NCBI GenBank assembly: GCA_031263985.1
Contig: JAISER010000013.1
Coordinates: forward strand, 1 to 57,768
Direction: 5' to 3'
DNA: 57,768 nucleotides
From: Clostridiales bacterium
GTDB taxonomy: Bacteria; Bacillota; Clostridia; Lachnospirales; JAISER01
Made by a program: the position numbers and the translations under genes. A model generated the notes under the pieces. That model did no database searches and was not told the DNA's origin. It worked only from the letters and a program-made list of their open reading frames with translations. Shown here piece after piece: positions 44,805 to 52,260 of this stretch (the stretch's first letter is position 1; every line of letters starts with the position of its first letter).

Positions 44805-45002
44805 AACAATCGATAATATTGTATAATTTTGTAATCGTGGGGAATAACCGGTTAGGCCGATTTTTTATCGCCCGTTTTCCTTATGTAAATACAAATGAAA
44901 TTTAAAAAAACAGGCTCTTAAAGACTGAAGTCTTCCGCGAACGCGTCTGAAAACTGGAATCGTCTGACTATTTGTCAATGTAGTTTTAGGGAGTATATTT
45001 TA

Positions 45003-45704
45003 ATGGATGAAGTATCGGAAATATCTATCGAACAGCTTGCCGCGCTTGCGTTTAAAAACAAATGGTTTATCGTTTTAAGCGCTGTTTTAGGTCTTTTGGC
45101 CGCTTTCGCTCTGTCAATGTTCGTTTTTGAAAAAAAATACGAATCGTCAGTTAAATTGTACGTTTATACGCCGCCGAGCGAACAGCAGAGTCCGTCTGTG
45201 GATATGAACGCTTTGAATTACGCCCAAAAAGTCGTAAATACATACATCGAAATGCTCTCAACCAGAAAGTTTCGAAATAAGATAATTGAAGAGACGCAGC
45301 TTGACTACGGAGAAGAAGACTTAAGAAAAATGATAAAATTTGAGACGCTCAACCAAACCGAAGTCTTTATGGTTACCGTTACGTCTCCCAAGCCCGAGCA
45401 TTCCCATGACATAGCGAACGCTATCAATTCGCTAGCTCCTGTAACCATATCGGAAATTGAAGAGAGCGCGCGGCTTAAAAACGTCGACGAAGCCGTTTTT
45501 GACGATGCCCCCGTTTCGCCTAATTTTAGAATCAATATTATAATTGGGGTTATCGCGGGTCTCGGAGTCTCTGTCCTTATCGTTTTTTTCAAGGATCTGT
45601 TCGACAATAAGATAAAGAACGGCGAAGACGTCGCCAATAAGTACGGCCTGAACATTTTGGCGGAAATAGCGGATATAAGCAAGCTGGAGCGAACCAAGGG
45701 CTGA
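45003..45704 (+). CDS. Polysaccharide chain-length determinant / BY-kinase transmembrane modulator (Wzz, CpsC/YveK type)
   Basis: Two-TM Wzz topology and an N-terminal FKNKWFIVLSAVLGLLAAF-type segment. Precedes the cognate kinase. Confidence 0.85.
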   Translation: MDEVSEISIEQLAALAFKNKWFIVLSAVLGLLAAFALSMFVFEKKYESSVKLYVYTPPSEQQSPSVDMNALNYAQKVVNTYIEMLSTRKFRNKIIEETQLDYGEEDLRKMIKFETLNQTEVFMVTVTSPKPEHSHDIANAINSLAPVTISEIEESARLKNVDEAVFDDAPVSPNFRINIIIGVIAGLGVSVLIVFFKDLFDNKIKNGEDVANKYGLNILAEIADISKLERTKG

Positions 45705-45735
45705 CCGAATATATTGATGGAGAGATGTTGACGTT

Positions 45736-46434
45736 ATGGACGTTGATAATAGCGGCGCCGGCGTGTCCGCCGTTCAAAAATATCAAACGCCGAAGGCTTT
45801 TATGGAATCTTATAAGGTAGCGCGCGCGAATTTGATTTTTTCACTGTTTAAGGAAGGGTGTAAAAAGATTGTCGTGACAAGCTCGCTGCCGAAGGAAGGA
45901 AAGACAATCACTTCCGTTAACTTGTCCATTGAGCTTGCCAAACAAATGAACACAAGGGTCTTGCTTTTAGACTGTGACTTGCGAAAGCCAAGAATACATC
46001 AGTTTTTCGGCGTTAACAACGTGCCTGGAATTACAGACTACATACTTAAGCCCGGAACGGAAACGCTTGATAAGATAGTGATAAAAACGCACATAAGCGA
46101 TTTGTCGATTATATGCGCTGGAACGTTGCCGCCGAATCCTTCCGAAATATTGACAAGCGTTTACTTCGCGGAATTTCTTAAAAGACTAGAGAAAGATTAT
46201 GACTATATAATGGTGGACACGTCGCCGCTTAACATTGTCATAGACGCGCTAAGCGTGATAAAACTAAGCGATGGCGTCGTTTTGTCCGCTATACAAGACG
46301 TTTCCGTTCATCCGGAGTTTTCAAAGACAGTAGCCGCTATTAGAAATATTGACGCTAAAATCTTAGGAGTGATTCTGCACGGCGTTGAAAACTCAGGCAA
46401 GAAGAAATATTACAAATACGAATATTACAATTAA
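45736..46434 (+). CDS. Tyrosine-protein kinase (BY-kinase catalytic subunit, CpsD/YveL type)
   Basis: Walker A SSLPKEGKT, Walker A' LLDCDLRKP, Walker B IMVDTSP, and a C-terminal Tyr cluster KKKYYKYEYYN. Confidence 0.9.
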   Translation: MDVDNSGAGVSAVQKYQTPKAFMESYKVARANLIFSLFKEGCKKIVVTSSLPKEGKTITSVNLSIELAKQMNTRVLLLDCDLRKPRIHQFFGVNNVPGITDYILKPGTETLDKIVIKTHISDLSIICAGTLPPNPSEILTSVYFAEFLKRLEKDYDYIMVDTSPLNIVIDALSVIKLSDGVVLSAIQDVSVHPEFSKTVAAIRNIDAKILGVILHGVENSGKKKYYKYEYYN

Positions 46435-46455
46435 GCGTCCGTTGATTTGTAAAAT

Positions 46456-47184
46456 ATGATTGACGCGCATACTCATATATTGCCGGAAATCGATGACGGG
46501 GCGCCGGACGTATCCGTGTCGCGCGCTATGCTTGAACGCCTTGCGGTTCAAGGCGTTACGGTCGCGTGCCTTACTCCGCACTATTCGCCCAGCGATTCAT
46601 TAGAGGATTTTTTGCTTTTAAGGGAAAAATCTTTCCGTAAGATAAAGGATTTCGGACCGGAGTTTAATATAAGGTTTTCGCTCGGCAGCGAAACGTTTCT
46701 AACCGCTGAGCTATTAAGTAAGCCTAAAGAATACATAGAACAGCTTTGTCTGAACGGCACGAAATTGTTGCTTGTTGAATTTCCATATACTTGCGCTTTT
46801 GGTGACAGAACTATGTATTTCATTGAAGCGCTGATTTGCGACTTTGAAATAAAGCCGGTTTTAGCGCATATCGAACGCTATAAAGCTCTTATGTCGAATG
46901 AGTCGGTTTTAGACGAATTAATCGACAAGGGTTGCGTGGCCCAGATAAACTTGAACTCAATAAGAAGAGGGACGTTTATCGCGAAAAGAAAGCTGTTAAG
47001 ATTCATCAGGGACGGCAAAGCCCGTTTCGTAGGTACGGACTGCCATAATATGACCTCAAGGCCTCCGGAATATAAGACTAACATAGACATTATCGTTAAA
47101 AAGCTCGGCGAGCGTTTCGTCAGGGATTTTCATGACTCAATGGAACGATTGATCGCCGCTGAACGCAGTGATGTCAACGCTTAA
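46456..47184 (+). CDS. PHP-family protein-tyrosine phosphatase (CpsB/YwqE type)
   Basis: MIDAHTHILPEIDDGA start and further His/Asp metal motifs (GTDCH). Confidence 0.9.
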   Translation: MIDAHTHILPEIDDGAPDVSVSRAMLERLAVQGVTVACLTPHYSPSDSLEDFLLLREKSFRKIKDFGPEFNIRFSLGSETFLTAELLSKPKEYIEQLCLNGTKLLLVEFPYTCAFGDRTMYFIEALICDFEIKPVLAHIERYKALMSNESVLDELIDKGCVAQINLNSIRRGTFIAKRKLLRFIRDGKARFVGTDCHNMTSRPPEYKTNIDIIVKKLGERFVRDFHDSMERLIAAERSDVNA

Positions 47185-47226
47185 TATTTATTTAAAACAT
47201 ATATAGCATTTAGGAGGGTTTACTGT

Positions 47227-47829
47227 ATGAAAAAACTAGTTTTTATGGTTGTAGCGCTTGCCCTTTCCCTGATATCTTTCTCTTTTGTTTTCGCCGAAAC
47301 TACTAAGCAGGGGTTGGTGGACGCCGCGCGCGATACGTCAGGGATTCCCGGAAGAGTTGATCCGGTGCCTGATCAATATTTAAAATCGTTGGCGGATTTT
47401 CTTAATACGGACGACTATACTCAAGAAGAGCTTGAATTTATGTCTCAGGCGCTTGGAGAGGTAAAAAGCATATGGGCTGCGAGCGGCGTTGCGGATTATA
47501 GTAAAATGGATAAGGAAACGCAGCTCTTGCTTCAAAGCAAAGCTATATCCGCGGCCGCGAGAGTTGGCGCGACTTTGACTTTTGACGGCTCTCGGATTGT
47601 TATTTTGTCAAAAACAGGCCGTTCCTATGCTGTATCTACAACTGCGGGCGGCGGATGGAGTTCTATTGTCGATGGCCAGCTAATAAACGGCGACAACCCG
47701 ATCAAAGCGACTGGAATAGGGATGAACCTGACGCCTGTCTATATCTTGACGGGAAGCGTAACGGCGGCGCTAACGCTGATAGGGGCGTTTATCTTGAAGG
47801 ACAGGAAAACCGCCTTCGCCAAGAGTTAA
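47227..47829 (+). CDS. Secreted protein with C-terminal sorting-signal-like tail (non-canonical PIKATG motif)
   Basis: Signal peptide MKKLVFMVVALALSLISFSFVFA. C-terminus is PIKATG (nt 47698-47715), then a hydrophobic segment and a basic tail KDRKTAFAKS. A sortase gene follows. Confidence 0.7.
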   Translation: MKKLVFMVVALALSLISFSFVFAETTKQGLVDAARDTSGIPGRVDPVPDQYLKSLADFLNTDDYTQEELEFMSQALGEVKSIWAASGVADYSKMDKETQLLLQSKAISAAARVGATLTFDGSRIVILSKTGRSYAVSTTAGGGWSSIVDGQLINGDNPIKATGIGMNLTPVYILTGSVTAALTLIGAFILKDRKTAFAKS

Positions 47830-47856
47830 TCTTATTTTGTACGGAGCGTTTGCGAT

Positions 47857-48531
47857 ATGATTGAAAGATATAAGGATATAATTGAACTGATCGCGTGGCC
47901 AGTGGCGTATTTCATTGCGGGTCTGCTCATTTTTTTGGCTGTAGTTATCCCCGCGGTCAAGCCTTTAGCGGGGGTCTTATCTATTGTGACGCTGGAAGCG
48001 TCTCCTGATTTCGACAGTCAAGCCGCCGATATATTTGATTCTAAAGATGTGTCGGAGCTATCCGGCGGCAATGATTTAATCTCCGTTTCACCTTCCGACA
48101 TACCGACGGAAGGTGAGCGCTACGGGCAGATCATAAGCGACGAAGCGTCCATAGACGCGCCGCTTTATTACGGTGACGGCGATGTCGAGCTTGCTAAAGG
48201 CGTAGGGACATACAGCGGCTTTTACATTCCGGGTTCCGGAAGAACGATATTGCTCGCCGGGCATAACAACACTTTTTTTCATAATCTTGACGCGCTGGAA
48301 TCAGGGAATATAATTAAAATAAATACCAGCTATGGCAAGTATGAGTATACGGTCACCGATTCGCTGATAACCAAAGACACTGATCGGTCGGCTTATAATT
48401 TGAGTGACAAAACTAAAGAGGTTTTAATATTATATACGTGTTACCCTTTTAACATGATCGGTCTTACGCCCGACCGCTATTTCGTTTACGCTGAATATTC
48501 GTCAGGACCGAAACTCGATCTGGCGTTTTAA
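47857..48531 (+). CDS. Sortase-family transpeptidase (class not assigned)
   Basis: N-terminal TM anchor, LAGHN His motif, catalytic LILYTCYPF (TLxTC-like) and a downstream Arg (DRYFVYA). Confidence 0.8.
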   Translation: MIERYKDIIELIAWPVAYFIAGLLIFLAVVIPAVKPLAGVLSIVTLEASPDFDSQAADIFDSKDVSELSGGNDLISVSPSDIPTEGERYGQIISDEASIDAPLYYGDGDVELAKGVGTYSGFYIPGSGRTILLAGHNNTFFHNLDALESGNIIKINTSYGKYEYTVTDSLITKDTDRSAYNLSDKTKEVLILYTCYPFNMIGLTPDRYFVYAEYSSGPKLDLAF

Positions 48532-48548
48532 CGAGGTTTTGAGATTTT

Positions 48549-49433
48549 ATGGAGACTTTAGACGGGACCGCTGAAAAAGTTAAAAAAAGGCGTGATATAA
48601 AAAGAACGGTTCATCACGCGGGTTTGACGGTTTTATCATTTATTTTTTCTATTTTAATCGCTTTTACAAGCTTTTTGACATTGTCTCAGGTTACAATTTT
48701 AAGTGAGGATTTTTTTAGGGGCCAAATCGAAAAAAGCGGCTATATAAATTTTATTTTAAATGATATTATCGACAAACTGGCGGCTTACGGAAGCGTGAGC
48801 GGTTTTGGCCGTGAGTTTTTTGAGGAAGCTGTGTCTGAAAAATCTGTGGAGCCGGATGTTTACAGGGAAGTGAGCCGGCTTTTCACTCGCGGTAAAAAGA
48901 CGATAAACGCAGCTGAATTTAAGGAGAAATTGACCGCCAAACTCTTCGAGGACGTTGAACGACGCGGTTTGGAATTGACTGACGAGGGGCAAAAAGCCGT
49001 TAATTATTTGGCGGAGGTTTCGACGGCGGTTTATGCCCAGAAGCTCGCTATACCGTTATCGGACCATATTTACGGCGCGGTAACTAATTTAAAGCGGCTT
49101 AACGCCTTCGCGCTCGCCATCATCGTGTTCTTGGATATTTTATGCTTAGCGCTTTTGATGTTCGCGAGAACGTCACGATTGCGAAAAGCCAAATATTTTC
49201 TTAACTCGCTTAACGGGGCGCTTTTGATGGGTTTAGCGCTTACGGTCACGGTTTCTTTGAGTGATATGCCGTCTCGGCTGGCTATATCCAACCAAGCGAT
49301 TTATTATTTTATACAAACATATGTCGGTTCTTTTTTGGTCGCTTGTTATATCAGTGTTGCGGCGGTCGCGGTTTTGTCGTTATCGGTTTTAATATTTCGC
49401 ATAAAGCTTAAAAGGTCTAAAATGACACGATAG
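48549..49433 (+). CDS. Hypothetical integral membrane protein
   Basis: 294 aa with one N-terminal TM and about 4 C-terminal TM segments. No family recognised. Confidence 0.55.
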   Translation: METLDGTAEKVKKRRDIKRTVHHAGLTVLSFIFSILIAFTSFLTLSQVTILSEDFFRGQIEKSGYINFILNDIIDKLAAYGSVSGFGREFFEEAVSEKSVEPDVYREVSRLFTRGKKTINAAEFKEKLTAKLFEDVERRGLELTDEGQKAVNYLAEVSTAVYAQKLAIPLSDHIYGAVTNLKRLNAFALAIIVFLDILCLALLMFARTSRLRKAKYFLNSLNGALLMGLALTVTVSLSDMPSRLAISNQAIYYFIQTYVGSFLVACYISVAAVAVLSLSVLIFRIKLKRSKMTR

Positions 49434-49519
49434 TTACGCCGTTTAGGAGATGTTGACTTTGTCGGAAATACTTCCAAATGAAATTAGCGCGGCGTTTGAT
49501 TTTATTTCGGGACCCTGAG
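49384..49519 (+). repeat. Direct duplication, copy 1 (3' end of 48549..49433 + truncated 5' end of the sugar transferase)
   Basis: Aligns with 49678..49816 at a 294-bp offset and roughly 80% identity by eye. It contains aggagatgttgactttgtcggaaatacttccaa, then a short frame ending in TGA. Confidence 0.8.
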
Positions 49520-49677
49520 ATAAATCCGCTTTGGCCAAAATCGGCGCTGGCTCGAAAAACGCTGACGCTATTGATTAATTCACCGATTTGAACATTATAT
49601 AATATACAAAAGCATGTCGAGTCTCTCCTGACCGCTTATCATATCAATGTTGGGGTAGTTACGGTTTGATCGTCATC

Positions 49678-49816
49678 AGTTTTGATATTTCGCATAAAAC
49701 TTAAAAAGTCTGGAGTGACGCGATCGACCTGTCGTTTAGGAGATGTTAGCTTTGTCGGAAATACTTCCAAAGGGTATAGGCGTTACGTTCGACTATATTT
49801 CCGGCGCCGTTGAGAC
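49678..49816 (+). repeat. Direct duplication, copy 2 (relic of membrane-protein 3' end + functional 5' end of the sugar transferase)
   Basis: See copy 1. ttttgatatttcgcataaaacttaaaaagtct matches ttttaatatttcgcataaagcttaaaaggtct. Confidence 0.8.
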
Positions 49817-50582
49817 AAGCGAAAAGGAGTTTGTATCGACAAAAACACGAGACAGCGTTGATATCGCCGCCATTGATATCGCTAAAGTACGAATCGCTTC
49901 AACGGCCGGGAAAATCGGCGTAAACACAAAAGACGTTGACGTTATTGATTATATATTAAATTTTCATGAAACCTATTCCGCGTATTTATTTCTAAAACGC
50001 GCTATGGATGTGATAGTGTCCTTAATAGCGATATTTTTAGGGGCGCTTTTACTTTGGCCGTTAGCGATAGCCATTAAAACGGAGTCAAAAGGGCCTGTTT
50101 TTTTTAAACAAAAACGCGTTGGTAAAAATGAACATCCGTTTACCATGTATAAATTCCGCAGTATGACGGATGACGCTGAGTCTGAGCTAAAAGCGTTAAT
50201 GACTCGAAATGAACGCGACGGCCCCGCTTTCAAGATGAAAAACGATCCTCGGGTAACCAAAGTCGGCTCTTTCATGCGAAAAAGTTGTATAGACGAGCTT
50301 CCTCAATTTATAAACGTTCTCGCAGGCCATATGACGATAGTCGGCCCTCGTCCCGCTTTGCCCAGCGAAACCAATGAATATAACGAATATCATAGAAACC
50401 GTATTAAGGTAAAGCCGGGGTTAACATGCTACTGGCAGATTTCTAAAGCGCAACCCGCTTTGTCTTTTAACGAATGGGTCGATACGGATATATTATACAT
50501 AATAAATCGGAATATATTTGAGGACATAAACATTATATTGATGACCATTATAATAATGATTAGAAATGCGGGCGGCAGATAG
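49743..50582 (+). CDS. Undecaprenyl-phosphate sugar phosphotransferase (bacterial sugar transferase, WbaP/CpsE C-terminal type)
   Basis: LKRAMDVIVSL..., KQKRVGKNEHPFTMYKFRSM, DELPQFINVLAGHMTIVGPRP. ATG 49743 directly abuts AGGAG, so TTG 49752 may be the real start. Confidence 0.88.
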   Translation: MLALSEILPKGIGVTFDYISGAVETSEKEFVSTKTRDSVDIAAIDIAKVRIASTAGKIGVNTKDVDVIDYILNFHETYSAYLFLKRAMDVIVSLIAIFLGALLLWPLAIAIKTESKGPVFFKQKRVGKNEHPFTMYKFRSMTDDAESELKALMTRNERDGPAFKMKNDPRVTKVGSFMRKSCIDELPQFINVLAGHMTIVGPRPALPSETNEYNEYHRNRIKVKPGLTCYWQISKAQPALSFNEWVDTDILYIINRNIFEDINIILMTIIIMIRNAGGR

Positions 50583-51357
50583 AAACTATGATTTTAACGC
50601 AAAGACCGAGGAGGCTTTTACTATTAAAGCGATAATATTAGCGGCGGGGTACGCCACGCGACTGTATCCTCTTACAAAAAACGTTCCAAAGTCTCTTTTG
50701 CCCATAAATGGGAAGCCTGTACTAAACTATATATTTGACGAAATCGAAAAAATCGACGACATAGATCAAGCGTATATTGTTTCCAATAGTACGTTCGCGA
50801 ACCATTTTAAGACATGGGCTGAAAATTCGACATATAAAAAGCTTATTGAAGTGATTGACGACGGCGCTAAAAATGAGAGCGAAAGAAAAGGAGCCGTAGG
50901 CGATATACAGTTTGTTTTAGAATACAAAAAAATTGACGACGATATTTTCATAATCGCCGGAGATAACTATTTTACTTATTCGCTGCGTGACGCCTACGCG
51001 CATTTTATAAAACTTGGAGAAGACTGCGCGTGCGCCAAACGGCTCAATAATCCGGAAGAGTTAAAACAATTCGGAGTGGCTGAAATAGATTCTTCTTCAA
51101 AGATCATAGGATTTGATGAAAAGCCGCTAGAGCCTAAATCCGACTTAGTGGTCTACGCAACTTATTTTATGCGGAAATCTACTGTTCCGATGTTTTCATC
51201 GTATCTGCAAGAAGGGAATTCGTCTGACAACATCGGTTCCTTTATAAAGTGGCTATGCGAACGTAAGGACGTATACGCTTATATCTTTAACGGCGAATGT
51301 TATGACATAGGGACGCGCGAGAGCTATGATCGTCTTCAAACCATAACGACTAAGTAA
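50566..51357 (+). CDS. Sugar-phosphate nucleotidyltransferase (G1P thymidylyl/uridylyl-transferase-like)
   Basis: IKAIILAAGYATRLYPLT..PKSLLPI signature. Start uncertain: ATG 50566 has no RBS, whereas GAGGAGG sits 8 nt before the in-frame ATT at 50626, immediately before KAIILAAG. Confidence 0.82.
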   Translation: MRAADRNYDFNAKTEEAFTIKAIILAAGYATRLYPLTKNVPKSLLPINGKPVLNYIFDEIEKIDDIDQAYIVSNSTFANHFKTWAENSTYKKLIEVIDDGAKNESERKGAVGDIQFVLEYKKIDDDIFIIAGDNYFTYSLRDAYAHFIKLGEDCACAKRLNNPEELKQFGVAEIDSSSKIIGFDEKPLEPKSDLVVYATYFMRKSTVPMFSSYLQEGNSSDNIGSFIKWLCERKDVYAYIFNGECYDIGTRESYDRLQTITTK

Positions 51358-51368
51358 ATAATAGCCGA

Positions 51369-51394
51369 ACGCCCGCCTTATGATAGGCGGGCGT
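51369..51394. terminator. Bidirectional hairpin terminator between convergent genes
   Basis: acgcccgcc-ttatgata-ggcgggcgt flanked by A/T runs. Confidence 0.7.
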
Positions 51395-51401
51395 AAACGT
51401 T

Positions 51402-52070
51402 TTAATAGCTTTCAATTACCGGTATCACTTGAGTGTCTTCAGCGTTTGTATACGCCGTATTGCCGGTCAGCGCGTCATCGTCTTCATCATCATAAATCAA
51501 CGTGTCGAGTTTCGCTTTGAATTTCCCGGAAACTACCCATAAATCGTCGCCATCCTGCACAATATACGTTTCAGGGCCAAGCGGTCCGTGAGTTCTCGCT
51601 TGAGGCGCGTTGTCGTTTCCAATTATGTTGTCAAGATTGTCAGCGTCCGTTATGGCGTTGTTTGTCGTATCAGCGGCGTTGTTGGTCGCGCGGCGGGTTC
51701 TGCCGCGTCTGCGCGTGCCCGTACCCGGAGTCGTCGTGTTTCTGCCCGGAGTCGTCGTGTTCGCGCCGGTCCCCGTATCGCCGGTCGTTCCTGTAGTTCC
51801 GGTCGTCCCCGTGGTTCCTGTAGTCCCGGTCGTTCCTGTGGTTCCCGTGGTTCCGGTCGTTCCTGTGGTCCCCGTTGTCCCAGTCGTTCCGGTCGCGCCC
51901 GCGTCACCTGTGGCGGCCCCGGTTCCCGTCGCTCCGGTTCCCGTTCCAGCTCCCGCTCCGGTCCCCGTTCCTGTCCCGGTTCCTGTGCCCGGATACGCTC
52001 CATATACCGTCGTTGAGGCGGTTAACGCTATGATGGCGGCCGCCGCTAAACAAGTAAATTTCCTTTTCAT
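51402..52070 (-). CDS. Secreted Gly-Thr-rich protein with collagen-like (G-X-Y) GTT repeats and a LysM-like C-terminal segment
   Basis: RBS AAGGAGG 9 nt before ATG 52070, then a signal peptide. A (GT)n/(GA)n tract is followed by GDA-GAT-(GTT)x12-GDT-GTG. The C-terminus [24 protein letters not shown] resembles LysM. Opposite-strand ORFs are repeat artefacts. Confidence 0.7.
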   Translation of the reverse strand: MKRKFTCLAAAAIIALTASTTVYGAYPGTGTGTGTGTGAGAGTGTGATGTGAATGDAGATGTTGTTGTTGTTGTTGTTGTTGTTGTTGTTGTTGTTGDTGTGANTTTPGRNTTTPGTGTRRRGRTRRATNNAADTTNNAITDADNLDNIIGNDNAPQARTHGPLGPETYIVQDGDDLWVVSGKFKAKLDTLIYDDEDDDALTGNTAYTNAEDTQVIPVIESY

Positions 52071-52260
52071 CTAACTTATCCTCCTTAGAAAATTAATCTC
52101 AGATTACAATAGATATTATTCTATTGGAAGTAATATTTATACTAGAAATAATTTGGCATAACATGATATTTATGGCAATGAGCGCGCCGCGGAAACTTTT
52201 TTTAAAAAGACTGTCAGGTTCATTGACATGGCGGTTTTTTTACATTTATAATACAATAAT

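Noticed and set aside
51610-52074. Plus-strand ORFs with PVV/RSGS repeats opposite the Gly-Thr repeat gene
   Set aside because: These are repeat-induced open frames. Only the minus-strand frame has AAGGAGG-9nt-ATG, a signal peptide and a structured C-terminus.
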